Shown: positions 38,601 to 48,986, counted from the first letter of the stretch. The stretch is 64,000 bases of DNA from Chthoniobacterales bacterium (GCA_038207335.1 JBBQZX010000001.1:355873-419872), one strand, 5' to 3'. Notes: a model not told the origin generated them from the letters alone. Numbers and translations are program-made.

Positions 38601-41600
38601 ATGACCCGCTCAATTCTCACTCTCGCCCTGACCTTCCCTCTCGCCCTCCGCGCCGCCGACATCGCTCCCGCCGAGCCCGGCAAGAGCGGACTCAAGCCGC
38701 CGGAGCGCGTCGCCGAGCCGCATCGCCAGGCGGCGTCCGACGAGCCGGAAAAGCAGGCGAAAAAGATGACGATCCCCGCCGGGTTCAAACTCGATGTGTG
38801 GGCCTCCGAGCCGATGCTCGGAAACCCGGTTGCGTTTTCGATCGATGAAAAAGGGCGCATCTTCGCCGCCGAAACTTTCCGCTATCGCACCAGCGTCCTC
38901 GATATTCGGCACTACATGTTCATGCTCGAGGACGACCTCGCGAATCGCACGACCGACGACCGCATTGCGACGACGAAAAAGAATTTCCCGACCGAGTGGC
39001 AGCAGCTCGAAAAAGAGACTGAAGTCGTGCGCCTGATCGAGGATCGCGACGGCGACGGCAAGGCGGACACTTCCTCCGAATACGCCGCCGACATGCGCAC
39101 GATCCTCGACGGGATCAACTCCGGCGTGCTCGCGCACGACGGCAAAGTCTGGTCCACGAACATGCCGAATCTGTGGCTCTTCACCGGCATGACTGCGGAT
39201 GGAAAAGCGGAGCATCGCGAGTCGCTCAGCTTCGGATACGGAGTGCGATTTTCCTTCACGGGGCACGACATGCACGGGCTGCAACTCGGGCCGGATGGGC
39301 GGCTCTATTTTTCATTCGGCGACCGCGGCGCCTACGTGAAAACGAAGGAGGGAAAAACGATCGCATTCTCCGATGAAGGCGGCGTCTTCCGCTGCGAGCA
39401 GGACGGCTCGCATCTCGAGGCATTCGCGCGCGGGCTTCGCAATCCGCAGGAGCTCGCGTTCGACAATCACGGCAATCTTTTCACCGGCGACAACGACGCC
39501 GACATCGGTGACCGCGAGCGCTGGGAATATCTCGTCGAGGGCGGCGACTACGGCTGGCGCATCGGCTGGCAGCACAATCCGCAGGACAAAACGCGCAATC
39601 CGTGGATGGCCGAGCACCTGTGGGAGCCGCGCAAGCCGGAGACGCCGGCGTATGTTTTGTCGCCGATCCTGCTGCTGCCGGACGGGCCGAGCGGCGTCAC
39701 GCATTACCCGGGAACCGGCCTCCCTGCTGAATTCGCGGACCATTTCTTCGTGTGCGGATTCAAGGGATCGAGCGCCCGCAGCGCCATCGCGCAGCTCCAG
39801 GTGAAAGAGAACGGTGCGGGCTTTTCGGTTGTGCAGGAGCCCAAGGCGTTCATCGATCATGTGCAGGCGACCGACGTGGATTTCGGGCCCGACTCGCAGA
39901 TTTATTTCAGCGAGTGGGGCGAGGGCTGGGAGGGTACGGGCCGCGGACGCATCTACCGGCTCGGCAACACTGCCGCGCTCGCGGCGAAGTCGGCGCAGGT
40001 CGCTGAGGTGAAAAAATTGCTCGGCGAGGGATTCAAGCAGCGCCCCGCCGCGGAACTCGCAAAGCTGCTCGCGCACCCCGATCAGCGCATCCGCCTCAAC
40101 GCGCAATGGGCGCTGGCGGAGAAGCCAGACGGGCAGAGTTTCTTCGCGCAAGTCGCCGTGAAAAACGCGGAGCCGCTCGCGCGATTGCACGCGATTTGGG
40201 GGCTCGGCCACATCGCGCGGCTCGCCGGCTACAACACCGCGGGCGCGGAAAAAGCGATCCTCTCGCCGCTGCTCCCGCTGCTCGCGGACAGCGATCCCGA
40301 AGTCCGCGCCCAAGCAGCAAAAGCACTAGGCGACGGCAAAGTCGCTGCGGCACTTCCCGCGCTCGTGAAGGCGCTCGGCGATGCGAATGGACGCGTGAAA
40401 TTTTTCGCCACGCAAAGCATCGGCAAACTCGGTCAGCCGGGCGCCGCCGCGCCGGTCATCGCGATGCTGCGCGAAAATGCGGACAGGGATGAATTCCTGC
40501 GCCTAGCCGGAGTCGTAGCGCTCGTGAAGCTAGGCGATGCAAACATCGTTGCCGCCACCGTGAATGACAGCGTGCCGTTGAATCTCGATTACACAAAAGC
40601 GTTCGCCGCCGCGGCGAAAGACGAGTCGGTCGCGGTGCGCCGCGCCGCGCTGCTCGCGATGCGCCGTATGCAGAGCGCGGACATCGCGCAATTCCTCGCG
40701 GACAAAGACCCCGCGCTCGTGAAAGAAGCCGCGATGGCGATCAACGACGAAGGCATCGTCGCCGCGCAACCCGCTCTGGCAAAGCTTCTCGCGACCGCGG
40801 GCAGCGAAGCCGTGACGCTCCGCGCGATCAATTCCAACTACCGCACAGGCACCGCCGAGACCGCGAAAGCGCTGGCTGAATTCGCCGCTGACGAAGCCGC
40901 CGAGCCGCTCCGCATCGAGGCTCTCCGCGCGCTGGAAACATGGCCGAAGCCGCCGCAGCGCGACCGCGTCGCGGGTGTCTTTCGTCCGCTCGCGGAGCGC
41001 AACGCCGCACCCGCTTCGCTGACGCTGAAAGCCGTCCTGCCGAAACTCCTCTCGGGCAAATCCGAAGCCGTCGCACTCGCCACTCTGGACGCCGCCGCTG
41101 CGCTGCAACTCAAGGACGCGACGACCGAAATCGCCGCGCTCATGTCGCAGCCAAAGCTCTCGGCAAAAATCCGCGGCAAAGCGCTCGAAGCCCTCGCCGC
41201 GCTCAATGACCCGCAGCTCGCCGAATCCGTGAAACTCGCACTCACGGATAAAGACGCCGCGCTCCGAGTCGAGGCCACCGCGCTCCTCGCCAAGCTCGAC
41301 CCGAACGAAGCCGCGAAGCAGCTCTCCGCCGCATACGCCGCCGCCGCCGTCTCCGAGAAAAAAGTGATCCTCACCGCGCTCGGCGACATCCAAAGCGCCG
41401 CGGCCGACAAAGAAATCGGCACGCTGCTCGACGACATGATCGCCGAAAAGGTCCCCGGAGAAGTGCAACTCGAACTGCTCGAAGCCGCAGCCAAGCGTTC
41501 CAGTGACGAAGTGAAAACGAAGTTCTCCGCATACAACGCCAGCATCCCGAAAGGCGACCTCGTCGCGAAATTTCAAACGTCGCTGCTCGGCGGCGACAAA

Positions 41601-42014
41601 ACCGCGGGGATGAAATTGTTCCAGGAACAACCCGCCGCAGCGTGCCTGCGCTGCCACAAAGTCGGCGGAGTCGGCGGCGACGCCGGCCCTGACCTCGCGG
41701 GCATCGGCACGCGCAAAGACCGCCGCTACATCCTGGAGTCTATCGTCAATCCCAACGCGCAAATCGCCGATGGATTCCAGTCCGTGCTGCTCACGCTGAA
41801 GAACGGCGACATGCAAGTCGGCGTCATCAAAAAGGAGGCCAACGGCGAGACGACGGTCCAAATGCCCGCTCCCGGCATCCCGCCGGTCACGGTAAAAACC
41901 GCCGACATCAAGACCCGCGAAAACGCTCCCTCCGGCATGCCACCCAACATGCCCGACCTCCTCAGTCCCCGTGAAATCCGCGACATCGTCGAATACGTCG
42001 CCAGCCTGAAATAG
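38601..42014 (+). CDS. PVC-type membrane-bound dehydrogenase: beta-propeller + HEAT repeats + cytochrome c
   Basis: GLRNPQELAFD, GGDYGW, HEAT-like helices, CLRCH, GPDL, SGMP. Confidence 0.88.
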   Translation: MTRSILTLALTFPLALRAADIAPAEPGKSGLKPPERVAEPHRQAASDEPEKQAKKMTIPAGFKLDVWASEPMLGNPVAFSIDEKGRIFAAETFRYRTSVLDIRHYMFMLEDDLANRTTDDRIATTKKNFPTEWQQLEKETEVVRLIEDRDGDGKADTSSEYAADMRTILDGINSGVLAHDGKVWSTNMPNLWLFTGMTADGKAEHRESLSFGYGVRFSFTGHDMHGLQLGPDGRLYFSFGDRGAYVKTKEGKTIAFSDEGGVFRCEQDGSHLEAFARGLRNPQELAFDNHGNLFTGDNDADIGDRERWEYLVEGGDYGWRIGWQHNPQDKTRNPWMAEHLWEPRKPETPAYVLSPILLLPDGPSGVTHYPGTGLPAEFADHFFVCGFKGSSARSAIAQLQVKENGAGFSVVQEPKAFIDHVQATDVDFGPDSQIYFSEWGEGWEGTGRGRIYRLGNTAALAAKSAQVAEVKKLLGEGFKQRPAAELAKLLAHPDQRIRLNAQWALAEKPDGQSFFAQVAVKNAEPLARLHAIWGLGHIARLAGYNTAGAEKAILSPLLPLLADSDPEVRAQAAKALGDGKVAAALPALVKALGDANGRVKFFATQSIGKLGQPGAAAPVIAMLRENADRDEFLRLAGVVALVKLGDANIVAATVNDSVPLNLDYTKAFAAAAKDESVAVRRAALLAMRRMQSADIAQFLADKDPALVKEAAMAINDEGIVAAQPALAKLLATAGSEAVTLRAINSNYRTGTAETAKALAEFAADEAAEPLRIEALRALETWPKPPQRDRVAGVFRPLAERNAAPASLTLKAVLPKLLSGKSEAVALATLDAAAALQLKDATTEIAALMSQPKLSAKIRGKALEALAALNDPQLAESVKLALTDKDAALRVEATALLAKLDPNEAAKQLSAAYAAAAVSEKKVILTALGDIQSAAADKEIGTLLDDMIAEKVPGEVQLELLEAAAKRSSDEVKTKFSAYNASIPKGDLVAKFQTSLLGGDKTAGMKLFQEQPAAACLRCHKVGGVGGDAGPDLAGIGTRKDRRYILESIVNPNAQIADGFQSVLLTLKNGDMQVGVIKKEANGETTVQMPAPGIPPVTVKTADIKTRENAPSGMPPNMPDLLSPREIRDIVEYVASLK

Positions 42015-42098
42015 CTCGCCGGGACATCGCCTAAGATTGCCGCTCGCTCGGGCTTACTTGCTCACCGCGCTTTCCAGCCGAAAGTGCGCGACTTCTTC

Positions 42099-44024
42099 AT
42101 GTCGAAATCCCTGCTGCCCATTTTGCTAATTGCCAACGCGCTGCTGTCGCAGCGCGGCTTTGCGGACGATGGCGGCGGTGCTTTTGCGAAGGAACTTCGC
42201 CCGCTACTGGAGGAGCATTGCTTCAAATGTCACGGCGAGAAGAAGCAGAAAGGCGGCGTCGAACTCGCGTCGTTTGCGAACGAAGACGCGGTGCTCAAGA
42301 AATACAAACTGTGGCGCGGTGTTCTGGAGCAGGTGGAGCTGAAGGACATGCCGCCGGATGACGAAACGCCGCTTAACGATGCCGAACGGACGAAGCTGCT
42401 CGGCGGCATTCGCGGCACGCTGGCGCTGCTGGAGACGGATCATCCGTCGCTGCGTGACCCCGGGCCAGGCGACCTGCGGCGGCTCAGCCGGGCGGAATAC
42501 AACAATTCGATCCGCGATTTGCTCGGTATCGAATTCGATGCGGCAAAGGAGGTCGGGATGCCCGAGGACAATACGGGCGACGGATACGCGAACCTCGCGA
42601 GCGCGCTCATCATCCCGCCGGTGGTGATGGAGAAATATTTTGACGCGGCGGACGCGATTCTCGCGCGGCTTTACTCCGACCCGGACACGAAATCGCCGAA
42701 TAAAAAGCGCGACGAAGCAGCATTCAAAACGCTCTTTGAGAAGGCGACAACCGACCGGGAGGGAGCCAGGGCGCTGCTTTCGCGGCTCATCCGCGTTGCG
42801 TTTCGCCGCCCGGCTGAGACCGCGGAGATCGAGCGCGCGCTGGAGTTTTTCGACGGGGCAATCGCGCGCAACGATCCGTTTCCGAGCGCAATCCGGCGGG
42901 CGATCAAGCCGCTGCTCGTGTCGCCGAATTTCCTCTATCGCGTGGAGGAAAATCGCGCGACGGAGAATTCGCGGAGCGTTTATCGAGTGAGCGATGTCGA
43001 ACTGGCGTCGCGGCTCTCGTATTTCCTCTGGTCGTCCGCGCCGGATGAGGGGCTGCTGGCGCTCGCGGAGAAGAATGAGCTTTCAAAACCCGAGAATCTC
43101 GACGCGCAGATCAAGCGAATGCTGGCAGATCCGAAGGCGAAAGCGTTAACGGAAAATTTCACGACGAAGTGGCTTCAACTTGACAAGCTCGAGACGGCAC
43201 GACCGAGCACGGAATTTTTCCCGAGCTTCAACAACGACATGAAAAAGGCGATGCGTGCCGAGGTCGTGACTTTCTGCGAAAAGCTGCGCGAGGAAGACCA
43301 CAGCATCCTCGATTTGCTCAACGCCGATTACACGTATGCGAACGAGGCGCTCGCGAAGGAATATGGAATCGCGGGAGTGACGGGCAAAGAGCTGCAGCGC
43401 GTGGCGCTCAAGCCGGAGAACCACCGCGGCGGAATTCTCGGGATGGGGGGTATCCTCGCGGAGACTTCGCACACGAATCGCACGAGCCCGACGAAACGCG
43501 GGAAATATGTGTTGGAGGTAATTTTCGGCACGCCTCCCGCGCCGCCGCCCGCGAACGCCGGGATGTTCAAGGACGAGAAGAAGACGAAGGAGCCGAAAGA
43601 TTTCCGGGAGAAGCTCGCGCAGCACGCGTCGGATGCGACGTGTGCGGGGTGTCATCGGAAGCTCGATCCGCTCGGGTTTGGGCTGGACAATTACGACGCC
43701 ATCGGTGCCTGGCGCGAGACGAGCGCCGATCTCGACACGAGCGGCGTGCTGCCGAGCGGGGTGAAATTCAGCGGGGCGGTGGAGCTGAAAAAGGTGCTGT
43801 GGAGCAAGCGCGACGAGTTCGAGCGAAACGTGGTCGAGCAAATGCTAACCTATGCTTTGGGGCGGCAGTTGGATTACTACGACGTGCGCAGCGTCTCGAA
43901 AATCAAGGCCGGCCTCGACCGTGACGGCCACAAATTTTCCACGCTCGTGAGAGGGATCGTGAACAGCTACGGCTTTCTCAACCGCCGCAACTCCGACTCC
44001 GCCGATTCCGTCGCCGCCAATTAA
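42099..44024 (+). CDS. Cytochrome c + DUF1587/1595/1592/1588/1585 protein
   Basis: CFKCH, RRLSRAEYNNSIRDL, SPNFLYR, ELASRLSYFLWSS, TSPTKRG, CAGCH, TYALGR. Confidence 0.92.
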   Translation: MSKSLLPILLIANALLSQRGFADDGGGAFAKELRPLLEEHCFKCHGEKKQKGGVELASFANEDAVLKKYKLWRGVLEQVELKDMPPDDETPLNDAERTKLLGGIRGTLALLETDHPSLRDPGPGDLRRLSRAEYNNSIRDLLGIEFDAAKEVGMPEDNTGDGYANLASALIIPPVVMEKYFDAADAILARLYSDPDTKSPNKKRDEAAFKTLFEKATTDREGARALLSRLIRVAFRRPAETAEIERALEFFDGAIARNDPFPSAIRRAIKPLLVSPNFLYRVEENRATENSRSVYRVSDVELASRLSYFLWSSAPDEGLLALAEKNELSKPENLDAQIKRMLADPKAKALTENFTTKWLQLDKLETARPSTEFFPSFNNDMKKAMRAEVVTFCEKLREEDHSILDLLNADYTYANEALAKEYGIAGVTGKELQRVALKPENHRGGILGMGGILAETSHTNRTSPTKRGKYVLEVIFGTPPAPPPANAGMFKDEKKTKEPKDFREKLAQHASDATCAGCHRKLDPLGFGLDNYDAIGAWRETSADLDTSGVLPSGVKFSGAVELKKVLWSKRDEFERNVVEQMLTYALGRQLDYYDVRSVSKIKAGLDRDGHKFSTLVRGIVNSYGFLNRRNSDSADSVAAN

Positions 44025-44036
44025 CCGCCTCATCTC

Positions 44037-45488
44037 ATGCACAGCCCCACACTCTCCCGACGCAATTTTCTCCGCGGCGCCGGCGCGCTGCTGACGCTGC
44101 CTTTCATGGAGTCGCTCACGCGAGTCTCCGCATTTGGCGCGAGCGCGGTCGCGAAGCCGCCGCTGCGGATGGGCATTTTCACGGTCACGGGCGGTACGGT
44201 GCTGGAGTCGTGGAAGCTGCCGACGGGCGGGCCGCTCACGAAGCTGCCGTCGATTTTGCGCGCGCTCGATTTTTGCAAAGACGACCTGCTGCTGCTCACG
44301 GGCCTCGCGAATGACGGGCACTGCGACAATTTGAACGGCCATGAGTCGTGCGCGTTCACGCATCTCTCGGCGACGGAAAAGGCGATGCGCGTCGGAGGCA
44401 AGCCGGTTGCGTCGATCTCCGTAGATCAAGCAGTCGCCGAGGTCGCGGGGCGGGAGACGCTGCTGCCGTCGCTGGAGTTTGGGCTCACGGGCGGTGAAAA
44501 TGTTTATTCGTTCAAACGCGACGGCTCGACGGTGCCTTACGAGTCGGATCCGCGGCTGGTGTTCGATCGGATGTTTCGCGGTCGCACGCCGGGCGTTCCG
44601 AATTGGAGCCACCGCGCGGAGAATCTCGCCGCTGCGACGAAGCCGGGCGCGAAGTCCGAGAGCTACGATCGCAGCGTGTGCGACTTGGTGCTCGACGATG
44701 CGAAGTCGCTCCAGCGCAAGCTCGGGCGCGGGGATCAGCAGAAGCTCGATCAATATCTGACGGCGGTCCGCGCGGTGGAGCAGAAGCTCGGTTTCATCGA
44801 ATCGCGGCATCGGCTGGACTTGCTGGAGGCGCAGAATCCGGGGCCGTCGAAGCTGCAAATCGACGCGCGATTCACGGATGAAAAGAGCAAGTATCTTTGG
44901 AAAAACACGGAGGCGGTGCGGCACGATCCTGAGCGGCACGGCGATTATATTTCGCTGATGGCGGACTTGATGGTGCTCGCGTTTCAGACCGATACGACGC
45001 GCGTTTGCACGTTCGCAGCGGGGAGCGATGAGGCGATGTTTCCAGGCGTCGTCACGGTCGGTTACGAGCGGCATTGCCACACGCTCGAGCATCAGGGAAA
45101 TTCGTTCACGCCGTCGGATGCCGATCCGATTTCCCGCGAGGCGTGCCGGCAGATTCATGCGTGGTACACGAGCCTTTTCGCCGAGATGGTGCGGAAGATG
45201 AAGGCGATCGACGAGGGAGGTTCGACGCTGCTCGACAATTCGATGCTGCTTTTCACGAGCTACATGGCGGATGGCGGACACGGGCGCGAGGAGTGCCCGG
45301 CGCTGCTCGTCGGGAATGCCGGCGGGACGCTGAAAGGCGGGCGGCAGATCGACTTTCAAAAAAAGACGCCGGTCGCGAATCTTTACATCGAGATGCTGAA
45401 TCGCATGGGGGCGAAGACGGATCGTTTTGGGAATAGCGAGACGGCAAAGGGCGCGGCGTACGGGGGGCGGCTGCCGGACTTGGTGTAA
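44037..45488 (+). CDS. DUF1552 protein with Tat-like signal
   Basis: SRRNFLRGAGALLTLPFME, SVDQ, DPRLVFDRMF, AFQTDTTRV, TLLDNS. Confidence 0.92.
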   Translation: MHSPTLSRRNFLRGAGALLTLPFMESLTRVSAFGASAVAKPPLRMGIFTVTGGTVLESWKLPTGGPLTKLPSILRALDFCKDDLLLLTGLANDGHCDNLNGHESCAFTHLSATEKAMRVGGKPVASISVDQAVAEVAGRETLLPSLEFGLTGGENVYSFKRDGSTVPYESDPRLVFDRMFRGRTPGVPNWSHRAENLAAATKPGAKSESYDRSVCDLVLDDAKSLQRKLGRGDQQKLDQYLTAVRAVEQKLGFIESRHRLDLLEAQNPGPSKLQIDARFTDEKSKYLWKNTEAVRHDPERHGDYISLMADLMVLAFQTDTTRVCTFAAGSDEAMFPGVVTVGYERHCHTLEHQGNSFTPSDADPISREACRQIHAWYTSLFAEMVRKMKAIDEGGSTLLDNSMLLFTSYMADGGHGREECPALLVGNAGGTLKGGRQIDFQKKTPVANLYIEMLNRMGAKTDRFGNSETAKGAAYGGRLPDLV

Positions 45489-45490
45489 CC

Positions 45491-46126
45491 TTACCCGGCG
45501 ACGGAGCGCATCACAATTTCAAGGCGCTCGCGCTCGGCTTCGAATTGCTCCTCCGTGCTGGTCGGAGGGACGTGATGCAACTCGGCGAATGTCACCTCGA
45601 TAGTCGCGAATGGCTTTGGGATCATGAAGCTGTCCCAGCTTTTGAGCCTCCAGAATCGTGAGAAGGTGACGTGGATCGGCATTACTGTGCCGCCGGTGAT
45701 TTGCGCGAGTTTTACTACGCCGGGATTGATGTGATAACGCGGGCCGCGCGGGCCGTCGGGCGTGATTGCCATGATCGAGCCAGCCTCGATCGCGCGCTTC
45801 ATTTCGACTAGCGCCGTAGCGCCGCGCCTGGAACTCGAGCCTCGGATGGCGTCGATGCCAAAGCGTTTCATCACTGCGGCGATGATCTCGCCGTCTTTGC
45901 TGGCGCTGGCGAGCGCGGTACCACGGCGTCCGCGAAAGAATTTCTGGAACATGAACGACATGACGAAGAGACGGTTGTGCCAGAAGGTCCAGAGCAGCGG
46001 GCGCTCCGGAGGCACGCGTAGGACGCCGGCGTGATCCACGACTTTGAAGCGCAGCGTGTGCAGCCAGAAGCGGATGAAAAAGCAGCCGACCGCGGCGAGC
46101 AGGTCGGCTTTCTTTGCCGAAGTCAT
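45491..46126 (-). CDS. DUF374 / lysophospholipid acyltransferase family protein
   Basis: FWHNR, SASKDGE, IRGSSSRRG, TPDGPRGP, SWDSFMIPKPF. Confidence 0.9.
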   Translation of the reverse strand: MTSAKKADLLAAVGCFFIRFWLHTLRFKVVDHAGVLRVPPERPLLWTFWHNRLFVMSFMFQKFFRGRRGTALASASKDGEIIAAVMKRFGIDAIRGSSSRRGATALVEMKRAIEAGSIMAITPDGPRGPRYHINPGVVKLAQITGGTVMPIHVTFSRFWRLKSWDSFMIPKPFATIEVTFAELHHVPPTSTEEQFEAERERLEIVMRSVAG

Positions 46127-46674
46127 TCGGCTTCCGCCCAGCGAAATGCGCCGGGATCGGGCAGGCCAAGCTGATCGAGAATGCGCGAGACGACGGTGTC
46201 GGCGAGTGCCTCGATCGTCCGCGGACGGCTGTAAAATGAAGGCGAAGCCGGCAGCACGACCGCGCCGGCTTCGGTCGCAGCGACAGCGTTGCGCGCGTGA
46301 ATGAGATTCCACGGCGTCTCGCGCGGCACCAGGATTAACTTGCGCCGCTCTTTCAAAAAAACATCGGCGGCGCGCAGGATCGTGGTGTCGGCGGTGCCCG
46401 CCGCAATGCGCGCGAGGGTGCCCATCGAGCACGGCACGACTACCATCGCATCGAAGTGCGCGGAGCCGCTGACGAACGGCACGTTCATCGTCTTGTCGCC
46501 GTGCTGCCGCACGCCGTCCGGCAGCGTGAGTTCGCCGAGTTCCTCGTGAATCACCTGTTTCGCGAAGCTGCTCATCACGACATGCACCTCGTGCGCGCTC
46601 GCGTCGATTTTCGCGAGTAGCCGTTGGAAATAGATCGCGCCACTCGCGCCTGTGGCGGCGATGACGAGCCTCAT
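46123..46674 (-). CDS. ubiX: Flavin prenyltransferase
   Basis: TGASGA, SGS, PCSMGTL, RAADVFLKERR, PRETP, PSFY. Confidence 0.93.
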   Translation of the reverse strand: MRLVIAATGASGAIYFQRLLAKIDASAHEVHVVMSSFAKQVIHEELGELTLPDGVRQHGDKTMNVPFVSGSAHFDAMVVVPCSMGTLARIAAGTADTTILRAADVFLKERRKLILVPRETPWNLIHARNAVAATEAGAVVLPASPSFYSRPRTIEALADTVVSRILDQLGLPDPGAFRWAEAE

Positions 46675-47351
46675 TTTGTCGGCGGCGTCGCGGCGTCGGC
46701 AGCGCTCTCTTCGGCCTGCTTCTTCAGGTACGCTTTTGTCGCTGCATCCCATTTGTTCCAGTCGGTGCCGTAGTCGTCATCGAGGAAAATCTGGAGGTCG
46801 CTGATGGCCTCCTCGTGGTGCGGATGATTCGGCATTTTGGCGATGTCCAGCAGCGTCGGGAGCTTTACAGAATCGTCGCGATTCATGAGGTCGGTGACGA
46901 AAACATCGAGCACGTCTTCTGGGAGCGAGGCGTTTTTCACGAGTGGCTGCACGAGTTTGTAATCCTCATCGGAAATTAAATTCGAGATGTGCTGGGCGGC
47001 CTCCTCCTGCCCCTCCGGCGGCAGCGTGGGCAGCATGTTGATCAAAAGCTGAGCGGTTTCTTTTTCCGGGACGTTCGAGCGGAGAACTTGGTCGATTTTC
47101 GTCTCCCACTCCGCCATCGGTGTCGCCGGCTCGGCGGGTTTACCGGGTGCTGTTTTGGCCGCTTCGGCGGAGCGCGTTTTGGGAACGGCCGGCACGCTCG
47201 GACCGGTGGAAGTGACCTCGGGCACGGCGCTCGTCGTCGCCGCAGGCGGGAGCGGGGCAGCCTTCGACGGCTGCGTTTGCAAATACCAAACCGCCACTCC
47301 GCAGATGGCGAGGACGATGATCGCGAGGATGATGATGGGACGGTTTTTCAT
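46671..47351 (-). CDS. Hypothetical membrane-anchored protein
   Basis: N-terminal TM, Pro/Ala linker, acidic helical domain; stop overlaps the ubiX start. Confidence 0.8.
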   Translation of the reverse strand: MKNRPIIILAIIVLAICGVAVWYLQTQPSKAAPLPPAATTSAVPEVTSTGPSVPAVPKTRSAEAAKTAPGKPAEPATPMAEWETKIDQVLRSNVPEKETAQLLINMLPTLPPEGQEEAAQHISNLISDEDYKLVQPLVKNASLPEDVLDVFVTDLMNRDDSVKLPTLLDIAKMPNHPHHEEAISDLQIFLDDDYGTDWNKWDAATKAYLKKQAEESAADAATPPTK

Positions 47352-47380
47352 GGAAAATTATTAAGAAGCTAAAAGTGCGA

Positions 47381-48880
47381 TCACAGATAACCGACTGCGT
47401 GCATCCGGCGCGTGAGGTCCGTCTGGCGCATCAAGAGTTGCGTGTAGATTTCTTTGTTGTCTGCAGTCGGCTCGGAGCGCGTGGTCTCGTCCGCGACCAC
47501 GATTTTCGCGCATAAATCGCGGAATGTTGCGGGTTTGCCGTGAGCGGCGAGCGAGGCGTACGCGCCCTGAATCGCGGCACCGAGCGCTGCGCCCTCGGCG
47601 GATGCGAGGCAAAGGGTCGGGACGCCGAAAATATCGGCGCAGATTTGCCGCCAGACACGGCTCTTGCTCCCACCGCCGGTGAGGCGGATTTCGGTGGGCT
47701 GAATGCCGAGCTCGCGGAAGCGCGCGAGGCCGTAGGCGAGGCCGAGTGTGGCACCTTCCATGACGGAGCGCGCGAGGTGCGCTGGCGACATATTTTCGAC
47801 CGTGAGCCCGTGGAGCACGCCGCTGCCGAGCGGAAGATTTGGCGTCCGCTCGCCGGTGAGGTAGGGGAGGAAAAGCAGTCCACCCGCACCTGCCGGAGCG
47901 GTGCCGACGTTGGCTTCGAGTTGCTCGTGCTTCCAGCCGAACATCTTGCGAATCTGCTCGGTGGCGACTGTCACATTCATCGTACAGACGAGCGGCAGCC
48001 AGCGGTCGGTGCTGTCGCAAAAAGCGGCGACTTCGCCCTGCGGGTCGATGACAGGCTCGGCGGAAAATGCGTAGGCGGTGCCGGACGTGCCGAGGCTCAC
48101 GGTCACCACGCCGGGCTGCACGTTGCCGGTGCCAATCGCGCCCATCATGTTGTCGCCGCCACCGGCGCTGACGACCGGGCTTTTTGCGAGTCCCCACGCC
48201 TCGCGCAAATTATCGCGCAGTAGTCCAGCAGCGCGGCGGGAACTCGAGAGCGCTGGCAGCGCATCTTGCAAATCCGGGTCGATGAATTCGATGAGCGGCT
48301 CGCACCATTTTTTCTCCCGGACATCCATGAGGCCCGTGCCGGAGGCGTCGCCGAATTCCATGCTGCGCTCACCGGTGAGGTAGAGATTGATGAAGTCGTG
48401 CGGGAGCAAAACCGTCTCGAGCGAGCGGTAGTTTTTCGGCTCGTTCTGCTTCAACCACAGGATTTTCGGCGCCGTGTAGCCTGGCACGATCGCGTTGCCT
48501 GCGAGCTTGATGACCCCCTCTGCGCCACCGAATTCCGCCTCGAATTGTTTGCACTGCTCGACGGTGGAAGTGTCACACCAGAGTTTCGCGGGCCGGATGA
48601 CTTTGCCTTTCTTATCCAGCGGAACGAAGCCGTGCTGCTGGCCGCTGACGCCGATGGCCTGCACCTCGCTTCTGCGTTCGCCGAGCTGGTTCAAGCAGTC
48701 GCGGACGGTCGCGTCCACAGCGTCGACCCACTCCTGCGGATGCTGCTCCAGATGCCCCGGTGGCAACCCGGCGATGAGCCCGTACGAGGCGGAGGCGGAG
48801 GCGAGGATTTGCCCCGACTCGATGTCCACCGCGATCGTTTTCGTGCTCTGCGTCCCGCTGTCGATGCCGAGAGAGATCAT
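47381..48880 (-). CDS. xylB: Xylulokinase (FGGY family)
   Basis: GIDSGTQSTK, SGQQHG, LWCD, DASGTG, GGGDN, SLGTSG, GERTP. Confidence 0.92.
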   Translation of the reverse strand: MISLGIDSGTQSTKTIAVDIESGQILASASASYGLIAGLPPGHLEQHPQEWVDAVDATVRDCLNQLGERRSEVQAIGVSGQQHGFVPLDKKGKVIRPAKLWCDTSTVEQCKQFEAEFGGAEGVIKLAGNAIVPGYTAPKILWLKQNEPKNYRSLETVLLPHDFINLYLTGERSMEFGDASGTGLMDVREKKWCEPLIEFIDPDLQDALPALSSSRRAAGLLRDNLREAWGLAKSPVVSAGGGDNMMGAIGTGNVQPGVVTVSLGTSGTAYAFSAEPVIDPQGEVAAFCDSTDRWLPLVCTMNVTVATEQIRKMFGWKHEQLEANVGTAPAGAGGLLFLPYLTGERTPNLPLGSGVLHGLTVENMSPAHLARSVMEGATLGLAYGLARFRELGIQPTEIRLTGGGSKSRVWRQICADIFGVPTLCLASAEGAALGAAIQGAYASLAAHGKPATFRDLCAKIVVADETTRSEPTADNKEIYTQLLMRQTDLTRRMHAVGYL

Positions 48881-48882
48881 GA

Positions 48883-48985
48883 ATTTAGCATTTGGGATTT
48901 AGCATTTGGCATTTCTGGATAAAATCGGACGCGACTTGGGCGGAGTTCTTAACTCCAAACTCTCAAATCTTAAATCCAAAATCCA
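48883..48985. repeat. Two oppositely oriented heptamer arrays in a divergent intergenic region
   Basis: ATTTAGC/ATTTGGG/ATTTAGC/ATTTGGC/ATTTCTG at 48883-48917; AACTCCA/AACTCTC/AAATCTT/AAATCCA/AAATCCA at 48951-48985. Confidence 0.8.
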
Positions 48986-48986
48986 G

